From positions 1-64,000 of IMG/VR virus record IMGVR_UViG_3300037455_000100: 64,000 nucleotides of DNA, one strand, 5' to 3'. Shown here in pieces: positions 1-10,105 of this stretch (the stretch's first letter is position 1; the number at the start of each line of letters is the position of its first letter). The notes beneath the pieces are model-generated. The model did no database searches. It saw nothing but the letters and a program-made list of their open reading frames with translations, and was not told the DNA's origin. Source of the stretch: a virus. Its lineage: Duplodnaviria > Caudoviricetes. A program made the translations under genes and the position numbers.

Positions 1-596
1 CCGCAATCATTTTTAAATGTTGTACCGTTATAAGTTAGATTAAAGAATTTATTCCAGTATAGATTAGCTAATGAAAAATTACCAGATTCTACAGCAAGTT
101 CAAGACCTTTAATCTGCACTATATAATTAGCATAATTAGATATATCTTCACAACTGTCAGTTTGTTTAATATAGTCAAATACATTGTTAAACAACATACA
201 TTTACTATACGTATAACCTTCAATGGTTATATCTACTCCACAGGGAATATTAGGCAAAATGCTGTTCGGTACATCAGTTGTTACCTTGACATAAACAAGA
301 GTTCTTTCAGCATTCTCTTTAATAGTTTGAATAGGGTCACTTGTCAAATCTACTTCAAATCTAACACGTCTAATATAAACATTACCTTGATATGTAACAG
401 TCTCAATAACTTCAGGACTACTACTAGTAATACCTTCCATTAAATCTATACAATCAGATATTACATTAGTACCAAAACCAACATAAACATGATTGATTGC
501 TATAATTTTATTAGGGTCTGATGTACTATCTAATACAGATACATCTACAATAAGATTATTTGCATCATCTATTCTTAACTCATTAAACGTTAACAT
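1..596 (-). CDS. Putative virion structural protein downstream of portal (3' end runs off window)
   Basis: Open frame from ATG at 596 (MLTFNELRIDDANNLIVDVSV...LANLYWNKFF...NDCG); starts 5 nt after portal stop; not in ORF track because no stop in window. Confidence 0.6.
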   Translation of the reverse strand, partial: MLTFNELRIDDANNLIVDVSVLDSTSDPNKIIAINHVYVGFGTNVISDCIDLMEGITSSSPEVIETVTYQGNVYIRRVRFEVDLTSDPIQTIKENAERTLVYVKVTTDVPNSILPNIPCGVDITIEGYTYSKCMLFNNVFDYIKQTDSCEDISNYANYIVQIKGLELAVESGNFSLANLYWNKFFNLTYNGTTFKNDC

Positions 597-601
597 AATT
601 A

Positions 602-3013
602 TTATTTTTTAGTAGTTGTTGTCTTAGGTTTCATTGAAGCTATTTTCAATTTCAAATCATTATCTTCTTTATGATGTCTATCGTCTTGTTGAAGCTTATC
701 TTTCTCCAATTTCATCTTTTCATTAAATTGTCTAATCTGCTCGTTAAGGTCTACTTGTTTATTATTAGCTTCATTAATATATCCATCTCCATCAGCATCT
801 CGTTTAGATTGAGCTTGGATAGTTGCAGTCAATATTCTAGTCTCATTATCACGTTGATTCATTTGGTCTTGTAATTGTAACTTAGCTTGTTCAAGTTGTA
901 ATTGAAGCTCAGATTGTTGCTGTTGAGACTGAAGTTGCTGTTGCTGTTGCTGCTGTTGAATTTGTCTCATTTCCTGCTCATTCTGCTCTAACATCTTAAT
1001 CTTTTCAGATAATGAACCACTTGATTTCATCTTGAGATAACTTGAAAAACTGATAGTGCCAGACTGCAATGCCATAGTAGCAGCTTGGTCAACTTCTTGT
1101 CTAAACTTTTCAATATCATAATCAGTGCTTATTACTAAACCATAATCAGCTTCAGCAAATTCATCACCGTCAATCTCTGATACTTTTTGAGCTAAGTCAG
1201 ATGTAATATATTGAAACTTTAGGTTCTTACCCTTAGCACCAAACTTAGCTGTATCAAGTACACATTCATATACTCTTTTTTTAAGATTATTATACTTCTC
1301 AAAGTACCATCTTGTTACATGAGAAGATTGTAAGGTAGAACGTTCCACACCACCAACAGTTTCTCTATTCTGTATAGAACCAAGTCTTTGAGGTGTGATA
1401 CCTAACATATTGCATAAAGTCTGCTCTATATATTGTAACATATTTACAGAATGTTGTAAACTGTTACCTAATTCAGCATCTATAACAGGAGGTACTTGAA
1501 ATGCACCAGCAAGTTTATTTTTAGCAGCACCTTTATTACCTTCCTTCATAGGATTAACTAGTACTATACCAGCAGTTTTAGCATAATACACCCAATCCTC
1601 AAAATGCCACTTATCTGGCATCATAGCTTCATTAAACTGTACAAGTTTACCAAGATTATTTTGTATAGTCTTAACAAACTTATCCATTATAGCATCATAA
1701 AGATATGCAAAAGGCTTAATCTTATCTACTATACTATAAGGTTTAGATTCATTAATATTAAATATCTGTCCTATAATACCGAAATGACATTTAGAAGGAT
1801 TATTTAATCTATTATATTGAATTTCACACGGTCCACAATCAACATATATAGCATCATCACCAGCACCAATCATAATACCATGCCAGGCTTCATTAATCCA
1901 CCTAATCTTAGATTCTTCACCTTTATCTTCATCTGGTATATAATCCTCAGTTTCAAATTTAATATCTTTTTTACCAGTTACTTCATCATAAAAAGTTATT
2001 TCTTGAATCTTTCTTAATGATTTCCAATATACTTGCAATACTCTAATATTACCCTCTAAATCATAAGGAAGTTGGTTAAATGTAATACCGTCATCAAAGC
2101 ATAAACTCCCATTATCTACAGCATTTATAGTTTCTTGATTACCATATAGAAAAGCAGCTACTCTATCTCCATAATCATTATACCTTCTCTCACCTTTATC
2201 ACCATGACCTTTTTTAAGAGTATCTTCAAGAAATCTAATATCTTTAGCAGTTAACTTATCATTATATACATCTATAATCCTACCTACTTGCCAGTAGTCT
2301 TCTACAACTACCATATCAGCATCTTCTACTCTATTAGAACTACCATTACAGTATACTCTAACTTTACAAGGATTTAATTTTCTAAGTACAGGATTACCCT
2401 GTTCAAGTGTTACTTGAAATATTGCTTCATTAACAGCCAAAGCATCTTGAAAACCATCTATAAACAAATCTTTATAATCTTGCTCTTTATCATAATGATT
2501 AAGCAATTCATTGGCACGTAACTCCCTTATATCTTGATACTCATAAGTATAGTACTTAGAAAGTTCCTGTAACTTTTGCTGATAATCCTCTTCTGATAAA
2601 CTCTCATCGGCAACTAATTGTTGCATACTCTGCAATATTTGTTGCTTTTTAATATTTTCTTTCTCAGAGATAGCTGTGGGATTAGTAATTATAGCTTTTA
2701 AATCTAATTGTGAAGCAGACTCTTCTCCTACTAATACATCTATACATCTATTAACAATAGGATAATGCGGTATAGGTTTGAACATATCTTCTCTTTCAAA
2801 CTTAAAACCACTAGGATTAAGTACTGCCATAAGGTCATTCATATCTAATTTACCATTAAGTAAATCGTAGTTCAATTTCTTATGTGCAATACTAGCTCTT
2901 ACTGTAGATGAACTAAATATAGCATTGGCATCTGCGTATTTTATACAGTCTTTACACCATTCAAGAGTCTTCTTTCTCCAAGAAATAGCTTGTCGTGGAA
3001 AGTTATATTTCAT
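602..3013 (-). CDS. Portal protein (crAss-like)
   Basis: 803 aa; directly downstream of TerL; HYPIVNRCIDVLVGEE and GITPQRLG...ETVGGVER motifs; Gln-rich coiled-coil C-terminus. Confidence 0.9.
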   Translation of the reverse strand: MKYNFPRQAISWRKKTLEWCKDCIKYADANAIFSSSTVRASIAHKKLNYDLLNGKLDMNDLMAVLNPSGFKFEREDMFKPIPHYPIVNRCIDVLVGEESASQLDLKAIITNPTAISEKENIKKQQILQSMQQLVADESLSEEDYQQKLQELSKYYTYEYQDIRELRANELLNHYDKEQDYKDLFIDGFQDALAVNEAIFQVTLEQGNPVLRKLNPCKVRVYCNGSSNRVEDADMVVVEDYWQVGRIIDVYNDKLTAKDIRFLEDTLKKGHGDKGERRYNDYGDRVAAFLYGNQETINAVDNGSLCFDDGITFNQLPYDLEGNIRVLQVYWKSLRKIQEITFYDEVTGKKDIKFETEDYIPDEDKGEESKIRWINEAWHGIMIGAGDDAIYVDCGPCEIQYNRLNNPSKCHFGIIGQIFNINESKPYSIVDKIKPFAYLYDAIMDKFVKTIQNNLGKLVQFNEAMMPDKWHFEDWVYYAKTAGIVLVNPMKEGNKGAAKNKLAGAFQVPPVIDAELGNSLQHSVNMLQYIEQTLCNMLGITPQRLGSIQNRETVGGVERSTLQSSHVTRWYFEKYNNLKKRVYECVLDTAKFGAKGKNLKFQYITSDLAQKVSEIDGDEFAEADYGLVISTDYDIEKFRQEVDQAATMALQSGTISFSSYLKMKSSGSLSEKIKMLEQNEQEMRQIQQQQQQQQLQSQQQQSELQLQLEQAKLQLQDQMNQRDNETRILTATIQAQSKRDADGDGYINEANNKQVDLNEQIRQFNEKMKLEKDKLQQDDRHHKEDNDLKLKIASMKPKTTTTKK

Positions 3014-3029
3014 ACTATCAAATTTTTTG

Positions 3030-3037
3030 CAAAATTA
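3030..3037 (-). promoter_or_regulatory. Bacteroidota sigma-A -7 element upstream of portal
   Basis: TAATTTTG on minus strand matches TAnnTTTG. Confidence 0.6.
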
Positions 3038-3073
3038 CACAAAATATTTTAGATGTAATCAAAATAATATTAA

Positions 3074-5329
3074 TTAGTGTATAAAACCATTTCTTTTAAA
3101 GAAATCGTCACTAGATGCAGTATATTCTTCTGTTGTTTGTTGTTCTTGAATATTTCCATTATATCTAATTTGAAATTCTTCTCTATATAACATAGCAAGT
3201 CCTAATGCTCTGATTCTATCACAGTTTATTTCAGGACTATACTGACTCAACTCTTGAAGAAGAGCAATATTTTTTATAGTACTAACATTAGGTACTGTTA
3301 TTTCCACTTCTTTACCTTCTTGATTTTTCTCGATTCTTGTCTTAGGTAATAATAACCAATTTCTAACTAAAGTATTAGCATAGTCATTAACTGGTTTTGT
3401 TGCAGTAACTCCCCTTGAAGTATTTCCATAACCTATCTTCTTAACAATATCTTTATCTTTCAGATATTCAGGAGTTTCTGCAAGAAGATATAAGCAATTC
3501 ATCTTACTAAAATAACTGTATGTACCTTTTAAATTCTGTTCATACAAACATTTACAGTTATAAAATAAACATAATTTTCTTAGTATTTCATAATTATTCT
3601 CAGCAAAATCTTGCCTGCCAGTGTACTCAGCAGCAATTTCATCTGTCCATAAATCAATAATAAATATTGATGCTAGTGAAACTGAATCTGCCGACTCAAA
3701 ATCTACAGGGTCAAATCCTGCACAATATCTATCTTCCACTACTCTACCTTGAGAATCTTTTTGAGGCATTGAATATATTTCTATCGCTCCATTATATTTA
3801 GAACCTTTTAAAGGATAACTTCTAATAGGTTTATCTTGAGTAGGTTCATATTTTATCTCTCCAGTGTTATCTTGTACAAGTTTTCCTACATAAACATCAT
3901 TTAATAAAGATTCTTTAGCCATTAATTCAGATAACCTTTCATTAATTTCAGTTGTAGGAAATATACTTCTTCTAACTCTCAATATTGCCTCTGACGGTGT
4001 AATAGGTTGCTCTGCTATAACTCTTATAATAGTATTTGGGTCTTTGGTATTATATTTAGTATGATGCCTGTATTGTAATATATTAATCAATGCACCTACG
4101 ACATCTGATATACCATCTTTATTATAAAAACCTTTTCTATTAATATAAGAAGGAAAGAAAAAGCTAAATTTAGAATTTCCATCACCTCTATCAAACACAT
4201 TAGGCAATCCATATATATTATAACCAGATGGACTATAAACTAATTCCTTAGCACCTTCAAAGTCAGACTTTTTATTGCCAGAAGTACCTACTAGATACAT
4301 CATAGCAAACGCTACTCCAGCTTCTTCAACAGAGTCTCTAACAGTATTATATATTTCAGTAAGGTTTTTAAAACTACCAAACTCTTCAAATAATATGTAA
4401 CCACGCTTACCACGCAATTTATCAGAATCATCTTTACAAGCGACTCCAGCAACTGAATTTCTTGAGCCTTTTATAGCATTAGTTTCACTATCTCTATAAC
4501 CCATTTGCCAAGCCATTTTATTAGGACTATCTATAATTTTACGTCTTGGAAATTGAGTATATGTAGCACAATGGTCTAATATAGGTAGAAATTTACTCAT
4601 AGTACCATCTTTTTCAGCTAAGTACTCTTTAAGATAAGCCGTTAATATAGTAACAAATCTTTTATGAGCCGTCATACTTTCTCCCATAACAAGATTATGT
4701 GACATCATACTAGCTAGAGTATATGATTTAGAACAACCTCTCCTAGATAATTCTGAGGCGTGTTGACCCCCTTTAAAATTGTTATAAATACCACCAAACC
4801 TTGCTTGATGTAAATAATGATACCTCCAAAAAATACCTTCCCAAACATCTGGAAATCCTTCAATACGATTAGCATAATTAGTACCTTCTACCCTCTCATT
4901 AATCATCATTGGCATATAATTTAAATACCAATACATTAATCCAGTAATCCATGCACCATCACTCTTTCTAACCATACCATTCCAGCATCTGTTTCGCTCT
5001 CTTCTTAACCATACACCATATTCACTATTAGGATTAGCATTAGGTCTTAAATGTGTATAACATCCTTCCTTTAAAAAGAAATCTCTAGTTTGTGTAAAAT
5101 AATCTACATTTGTAAGTATTGGAGGATTTGCCAAGTCTATAATAGCTCTACCATTCTCGTCTTTTGGACAATCTTTAATCAACTTCCTATCCGGACTTAT
5201 CAACCTTTTTATAAATAAAACATTAGTTACATAGTCCATAAACTGTTCTCTAACTTCTGTATTAAGAGAATCCAATAGTTCACTAGTAATAGGAGTTTGA
5301 TACTTGTTTGTTGGAATTATTATACTCAT
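3074..5329 (-). CDS. terL: Terminase large subunit
   Basis: Walker A-like SRRGCSKS, Walker B ILFEEFG, RNase H-like nuclease AGFDPVD...LYEQN...DRI. Confidence 0.92.
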   Translation of the reverse strand: MSIIIPTNKYQTPITSELLDSLNTEVREQFMDYVTNVLFIKRLISPDRKLIKDCPKDENGRAIIDLANPPILTNVDYFTQTRDFFLKEGCYTHLRPNANPNSEYGVWLRRERNRCWNGMVRKSDGAWITGLMYWYLNYMPMMINERVEGTNYANRIEGFPDVWEGIFWRYHYLHQARFGGIYNNFKGGQHASELSRRGCSKSYTLASMMSHNLVMGESMTAHKRFVTILTAYLKEYLAEKDGTMSKFLPILDHCATYTQFPRRKIIDSPNKMAWQMGYRDSETNAIKGSRNSVAGVACKDDSDKLRGKRGYILFEEFGSFKNLTEIYNTVRDSVEEAGVAFAMMYLVGTSGNKKSDFEGAKELVYSPSGYNIYGLPNVFDRGDGNSKFSFFFPSYINRKGFYNKDGISDVVGALINILQYRHHTKYNTKDPNTIIRVIAEQPITPSEAILRVRRSIFPTTEINERLSELMAKESLLNDVYVGKLVQDNTGEIKYEPTQDKPIRSYPLKGSKYNGAIEIYSMPQKDSQGRVVEDRYCAGFDPVDFESADSVSLASIFIIDLWTDEIAAEYTGRQDFAENNYEILRKLCLFYNCKCLYEQNLKGTYSYFSKMNCLYLLAETPEYLKDKDIVKKIGYGNTSRGVTATKPVNDYANTLVRNWLLLPKTRIEKNQEGKEVEITVPNVSTIKNIALLQELSQYSPEINCDRIRALGLAMLYREEFQIRYNGNIQEQQTTEEYTASSDDFFKRNGFIH

Positions 5330-5331
5330 GA

Positions 5332-5883
5332 TTAAATATCTAAATCGGCATCAAATATAGTTAATTCTACGCTTCCTCTAGCTTTAGCAGCTTCAAGCAT
5401 TTCTTGATTAACAAGTCTCTCAGCTTCATTCAAAGTTTTAGTAAGCTCTGGTATTTGTTTAATAGTACTTGTAATGGAACTCATTGTATATATAGGCTTA
5501 CCTTTATCATCTTTTTCATTAAAATCTATATCATTAATATAGTCCCTTAACTTGTTAATCATTTTCCTACTATCGTCTAATAGTAAAGCTGACATAGGTT
5601 TAAATGTTTCATAAAAATTAATAGCTGCCAATAAATCCTTATCGGGTTTCCAGTCAGATGGTAAACCTTCACCTTCCTTAATAGCTTCCATTCTACTTTC
5701 AGGAATAGTAATATATTGGTAATCAGAGCGAGGGTCTACATAAAAGTATATAAATGCTAATTCGTTTAAAGCGTCTCTTTTATCTTCGTGTTTATCTCTA
5801 TCCCAAATCTTTTTAAAAGGTTTAAGCATCAACGCTTCTTCGGAGATTACTACTCTATAACCTTCATATTTAAATAATTTCAT
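5332..5883 (-). CDS. Conserved crAss-like protein upstream of TerL (possible small terminase)
   Basis: 183 aa helical protein (ELAFIYFYVDPRSDY) coupled to terL; function inferred from position only. Confidence 0.5.
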   Translation of the reverse strand: MKLFKYEGYRVVISEEALMLKPFKKIWDRDKHEDKRDALNELAFIYFYVDPRSDYQYITIPESRMEAIKEGEGLPSDWKPDKDLLAAINFYETFKPMSALLLDDSRKMINKLRDYINDIDFNEKDDKGKPIYTMSSITSTIKQIPELTKTLNEAERLVNQEMLEAAKARGSVELTIFDADLDI

Positions 5884-5952
5884 ACTTCTATAATATTAAA
5901 AACCACCCACTCAAACTAATGAGTGAGTGGCTAACCAATAAAACACAAAATA

Positions 5953-6414
5953 TTACTTCAAATAATCTAAACCTTCTGCATCAATAACTACATAATCAAT
6001 ATCTCTGTCATAAAGTAGAATATGCTCTTCTCCATCAAGTTTTATAAAAGGAAACTTATAATCAAGTTCACTATAAGTTTCAATAACTCTAGTACCTGTC
6101 ATATCAAGCACATCCTTCTGTAAACTTTCTCTTTGAGCAACAAGTTTTCTATCAAGGTAGTATAAAGGATTAATCTTTACAATATCACCTACCTTAACAT
6201 CACGTACCACATTACCCACCGCAACAACTCTCTGATAAAGAAGAGGAAGATTCTTACTTTCAGCTGTTGTTATAATATGCTGATGGTCTGTTCTATCTTT
6301 AATATAAGCTTCTTTTGCTTTGCCGTTATTTTCATAATATCTATATGCAGTAGTAATTACTGTATTAGCTCTTGGTTGTACTTGTTTTAAATTTACTTCT
6401 TCCATTTTTAACAT
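5953..6414 (-). CDS. GroES-like co-chaperonin
   Basis: RVVAVGNVVRDVKVGDIV and GEEHILLYDRDI resemble Cpn10 motifs. Confidence 0.65.
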   Translation of the reverse strand: MLKMEEVNLKQVQPRANTVITTAYRYYENNGKAKEAYIKDRTDHQHIITTAESKNLPLLYQRVVAVGNVVRDVKVGDIVKINPLYYLDRKLVAQRESLQKDVLDMTGTRVIETYSELDYKFPFIKLDGEEHILLYDRDIDYVVIDAEGLDYLK

Positions 6415-6619
6415 TATTTATTGCGTTTAACTTACGTTCATTACATATTAATTTACCTACACGAGGTATTATAATAGATTGCTGATTATTATACGAAGAA
6501 TGGTCTGTACTCTCTATATGATTTATAATATACTTTATCCAATCTTTATATAATTCTTCAATTGTCTGTATCGGCAGGTTGAACTCCTTCGCTACTTGTC
6601 TTACTATGGTTTTTTCCAT
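6365..6619 (-). CDS. HU/IHF-like DNA-binding protein
   Basis: IVRQVAKEFNL...SIIIPRVGKL matches the HU/IHF fold pattern. Confidence 0.55.
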   Translation of the reverse strand: MEKTIVRQVAKEFNLPIQTIEELYKDWIKYIINHIESTDHSSYNNQQSIIIPRVGKLICNERKLNAINNVKNGRSKFKTSTTKS

Positions 6620-7022
6620 TAAAAGATAACACTAATATAAAGTCTTTATCCTCATTATAATTTGGGATTAATTTAGGTGCTATTTTATAGTATTGTACCT
6701 TATCTGTAAACGGATATTTTCTAGCTACAAGCATCTTTAGTTTCTTTAACTTACTAATAACATTTTGAGACTGTTGCGAACTAAATCCTATCTCCTCTCT
6801 AATCTTAGTTCTATACACATCGTTCATACAAGTCTCATCAAGTAAATTCTCATCAGTAATACCTTTACTTAACTTATATCTATTCCTTAAACAAGCAGCA
6901 AGATACTTCTGCTCTGATTTAGTAAGTTTGTGTGTAGGTTCTAACCATTCAATATAAGCATCAAAGAAGTCTTTTTCAGTACAATCTATATTTAATAATT
7001 TATGTACAGTACTATCAGACAT
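6558..7022 (-). CDS. Hypothetical protein, possible winged-helix DNA-binding protein
   Basis: 154 aa; KIREEIGFSSQQSQNVISKLKKLKML is HTH-like. Confidence 0.5.
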   Translation of the reverse strand: MSDSTVHKLLNIDCTEKDFFDAYIEWLEPTHKLTKSEQKYLAACLRNRYKLSKGITDENLLDETCMNDVYRTKIREEIGFSSQQSQNVISKLKKLKMLVARKYPFTDKVQYYKIAPKLIPNYNEDKDFILVLSFNGKNHSKTSSEGVQPADTDN

Positions 7023-7053
7023 ACTTTTAATTTTTTATTCTCCTTTTTCTCTT

Positions 7054-7329
7054 TTACTCTTCTTTATTTTCAAGCTGTTCAGTCTGCTCAGGTTGAGGAT
7101 ACATAAAGTTCTCAAATTCCTCAATAGCTTTTACTTTAAATTCTGCACTAAACTCTCTACATTCAATTACTCTAAGTAGATAATCTGCACGTTTAAGAGT
7201 TAAAGCATATTTAAGCTGTTGAATCTCCTGAGCAGCCTGACGCAACACTTGTTTTAATTGAGTATTTTCTTTTTGAAGTTCTTCCATAGTGGGATTCTCT
7301 TCTTCTATTCTTCCATTATTTCTTTCCAT
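7054..7329 (-). CDS. Hypothetical coiled-coil protein
   Basis: ORF overlaps neighbours within the operon. Confidence 0.6.
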   Translation of the reverse strand: MERNNGRIEEENPTMEELQKENTQLKQVLRQAAQEIQQLKYALTLKRADYLLRVIECREFSAEFKVKAIEEFENFMYPQPEQTEQLENKEE

Positions 7330-7541
7330 GATTTTTTTAATTTTAAAAATTTACCTTGTTTATATTTCTCCTCAAACAATTGCTCCCACTTTCCTATACT
7401 ACTCTTAACAAATTCCGTTCCATAACAGTGTGGACAGTACTCTACATACTTATTAAACAGAAATTTTGTCTTAGTATTACCTAGATATAGGCAGTGTTTA
7501 CAATAAATTACTGGCAATTTGTCATATTCATTACTTTCCAT
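7305..7541 (-). CDS. Zn-ribbon protein
   Basis: YCKHC...YCPHC pairs. Confidence 0.6.
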   Translation of the reverse strand: MESNEYDKLPVIYCKHCLYLGNTKTKFLFNKYVEYCPHCYGTEFVKSSIGKWEQLFEEKYKQGKFLKLKKSWKEIMEE

Positions 7542-7749
7542 TATCCTTCTTTACATAAAGACCACAGTAGCATTTATTATTTGCTAACCAATCATGACAA
7601 GGACAATAATCATGACCGTCCCTATCTTGTACTACTGTAGGGCAATGACCATGATTTCTTTCTAGTTGTCTAAATATATCATTGACAACAGTATCATTTG
7701 GATTTAATTCATATCCAGACTTCCTTACAACCTTAATTTCAACAGACAT
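7531..7749 (-). CDS. Ferredoxin-thioredoxin reductase catalytic-subunit-like protein
   Basis: GYELNPND...GHCPT...CPC...CYCGLY follows the CPC/CPC/CHC pattern of FTR beta. Confidence 0.7.
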   Translation of the reverse strand: MSVEIKVVRKSGYELNPNDTVVNDIFRQLERNHGHCPTVVQDRDGHDYCPCHDWLANNKCYCGLYVKKDNGK

Positions 7750-7754
7750 AAACT

Positions 7755-7961
7755 TTATTTTTTAGTAGTTTTAGAGCCAGCTACTTTATTCATTGCATTA
7801 GCTCTTTTATTTAATTCAGCTGCTTGCTTTTTAGCCTCACTAATAGCAGCTTTACGTCTAGCTGAGTCTTGCATAATCTCCTCATATTGAGCCATTGTTC
7901 TAGCATCAGATTCAGCTTGCCAACGTTTTTCATCAACAGACATCTGGGTTCTCTTAGCCAT
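7755..7961 (-). CDS. Small basic hypothetical protein
   Basis: 68 aa ORF with A-rich leader. Confidence 0.6.
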   Translation of the reverse strand: MAKRTQMSVDEKRWQAESDARTMAQYEEIMQDSARRKAAISEAKKQAAELNKRANAMNKVAGSKTTKK

Positions 7962-7992
7962 TTGATTTATTTTTTAGTTTAACAAATCTTTG

Positions 7993-8081
7993 CGGCAAGG
8001 GTAGGATTCTAACCTACATTCCTATCTTTACTACTCTCTAGAACTTCATAAAGATTCGTGACTTATTTAGTCTACCATGCC
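7993..8081 (-). pseudogene. Degenerate tRNA-like element
   Basis: Acceptor GGCATGG/CCTTGCC, D stem GACT/AGTC, T arm GTAGG-TTAGAAT-CCTAC; anticodon arm expanded. Confidence 0.5.
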
Positions 8082-8085
8082 TTTG

Positions 8086-8159
8086 CTCTTCGGCTAGGAC
8101 TTGAACCTAGGATTTTCTGATTAACAGTCAGACGTTCTAACCAACTGAACTACCGAAGA
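8086..8159 (-). tRNA. tRNA-Asn (GTT)
   Basis: TCTTCGG/CCGAAGA acceptor, TCTGA-CTGTTAA-TCAGA anticodon arm, CTAGG-TTCAAGT-CCTAG T arm. Confidence 0.92.
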
Positions 8160-8202
8160 TTACCAACAATTAATTAATAATATATTACGAACAAACACAT
8201 TG

Positions 8203-8210
8203 CAAAAATA
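8203..8210 (-). promoter_or_regulatory. Bacteroidota -7 promoter upstream of tRNA-Asn
   Basis: TATTTTTG with TTTG about 18 nt upstream. Confidence 0.6.
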
Positions 8211-8475
8211 CTAAAATAATTTAAAATACAAACTTTTTTAGTTATTATTTTATTAAATATTTTCTAATCTGTTGAGTGTTATACAATTGAACGAAGAAGA
8301 GATAAAGATAAATATAATAATACTATACTCTAACTACACCATACTCATATAGCACTTTAAATTATAAATTATACATAGATGTCCAGTTTGTATAAAAATT
8401 TATAGGGTGTGTTGGTTCAAGTGTAAGTGTTGAATTTTGTAAAAAATCTTCTATAAATATATATTTATCCATAGC

Positions 8476-8643
8476 TTAATCTTTATATATATTATGTGGT
8501 ATTATATTATCTTTATTAGATTCTTTTATAGAATAATTCCTAAAAGGACAGTTATCATCACAGTGTAGCATATCATGATTTTCTTTACACCAATACTGTC
8601 CTACACTACCTTTCCTTATATTAATACAATTAACTTTATCCAT
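8476..8643 (-). CDS. Small Cys-containing hypothetical protein (55 aa)
   Basis: MDKVNCINIRK...WCKENHDMLHCDDNCPF; starts 1 nt after peptidase stop. Confidence 0.45.
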   Translation of the reverse strand: MDKVNCINIRKGSVGQYWCKENHDMLHCDDNCPFRNYSIKESNKDNIIPHNIYKD

Positions 8644-8644
8644 G

Positions 8645-9049
8645 CTACTTTATTATTGATAACTTTAACTTTCTGTTTGGTCTAACGTATGAATAATGAA
8701 TCCATACAGAACTACCAGATTTCTCCCATATACATTGGTCATAGTCAAAGTTTTGTACTATCATATCGTATAACTGTTTATCTAAAGTAGCATTCTTTGT
8801 AGTAATATCAGCTGCTACTCCTAACTGGTGTTGTGAAGTCTTTACACCCCCTACAGCCTTATTTAGTTCAGGACATCTATAACCACTATTAACATATATA
8901 GGTCTACCCCACTTAGCACGTATTTTATCAAGTTGTTCCATAAGTATTTCAAGATTAACTTTTACTGCTTCATTAGGAGTATTATTAATCTTCTTTAACA
9001 ATGCTGTACCAGAGTATGTAAGTTCTTTTAATGTAAAAAATTGACTCAT
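8645..9049 (-). CDS. Peptidase M15 family (putative endolysin)
   Basis: NSGYRCPELNKAVGG..SQH..G.AADI and WIHYS motifs. Confidence 0.88.
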   Translation of the reverse strand: MSQFFTLKELTYSGTALLKKINNTPNEAVKVNLEILMEQLDKIRAKWGRPIYVNSGYRCPELNKAVGGVKTSQHQLGVAADITTKNATLDKQLYDMIVQNFDYDQCIWEKSGSSVWIHYSYVRPNRKLKLSIIK

Positions 9050-9426
9050 AATACTATTAAAGATAAAAGTTTATAAATTATAGGCATATACCATTTCTGA
9101 GGATAGTCAATATCCACTGATACTGTATGTGATTTAAATAATCCTAACTTATAAAGATTATTATGTGCAATCCATTCGTTAATACAACTAGACTTAGTTC
9201 TATTCTGTATTACTTTATTATCATAATTATCATATATCCAATCCATAATATCTATAATATCTTTACGTTTTGATATTTTATATGAATCTTCTATATGAAT
9301 ATTATAGTCAGTTACAATTATAGTACAACCGTCCTTTTGTAGTATATAAGATACACATCTTATACCACCTCTATTTACCTTTTTTACAATAATTTTATCA
9401 AATTCCATAATATAAATTTTTTGCAA
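9046..9426 (-). CDS. Hypothetical protein
   Basis: ORF overlapping peptidase start; EWIAHN motif; true start probably the MEFDK Met. Confidence 0.6.
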   Translation of the reverse strand: MQKIYIMEFDKIIVKKVNRGGIRCVSYILQKDGCTIIVTDYNIHIEDSYKISKRKDIIDIMDWIYDNYDNKVIQNRTKSSCINEWIAHNNLYKLGLFKSHTVSVDIDYPQKWYMPIIYKLLSLIVL

Positions 9427-9439
9427 AGATACTAAATAA

Positions 9440-9754
9440 TTAATTGTCGGTGGTATAATTTTCTAATTGTTTTTTATAGTCCTCTACTTGTAGATTATTA
9501 TAATACTCTGTAGCTTCTGACAAAGTTTCAAACTTTTTAAGCAAATGTACCCTTTTAATTTCTGTAAATTCGTGTGGTCCATATTTAAGACATTTAGTAT
9601 AAATTTCTACTGAAATGTAACTATAAGGTTTGTCATCTTTAATTACTGTATTCAAGCATAACTGTATAGTATCATGAGTAATACCATGCTCATCTACTAT
9701 TTCAGTTTCAGGAAATCTTTCATCTAAAGTTATTTTCCAATTTCTATTATCCAT
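9440..9754 (-). CDS. Hypothetical protein
   Basis: 104 aa ORF with A-rich leader. Confidence 0.6.
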   Translation of the reverse strand: MDNRNWKITLDERFPETEIVDEHGITHDTIQLCLNTVIKDDKPYSYISVEIYTKCLKYGPHEFTEIKRVHLLKKFETLSEATEYYNNLQVEDYKKQLENYTTDN

Positions 9755-9785
9755 AATATTTAAATTTTAATGATTTACATAAAAT

Positions 9786-10105
9786 AAGAACACTCCTTCG
9801 GACCTCTTGAAGGAGTGTGAACTTATGTCTATTGAAAAAACGTACATAGTTATAGCCCTAATATTTTCTCTTCACTGATTTCTTCAAAGCTTTCGATACT
9901 GGCGTCTTATACATTTCTGTTTTACCCTAGAACACTTTTCCCTCAACCTATTATTTCAAACGTTAGGTGTGTTACAGCACTTATTACTTTGAAGTTTTTT
10001 GTTCTTATCGGGGACAACCTCAGATTTATTTAATCTTACTAACCCGACTTCTGACCCTTAAATATTAATTTTCAGGGTGATATTGATTACGCTTTGTCAA
10101 TAGAA
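9786..10105 (-). ncRNA. Candidate structured ncRNA (~320 nt)
   Basis: ORF-free; TATCTTTG promoter at 10118-10111; TCGGG/CCCGA stem; ends in CACTCCTTC/GAAGGAGTG hairpin followed by U-rich tail. Confidence 0.45.

Noticed and set aside
915-965. CAG/CAA repeat tract
   Set aside because: Encodes the poly-Gln coiled coil of the portal; not a separate element
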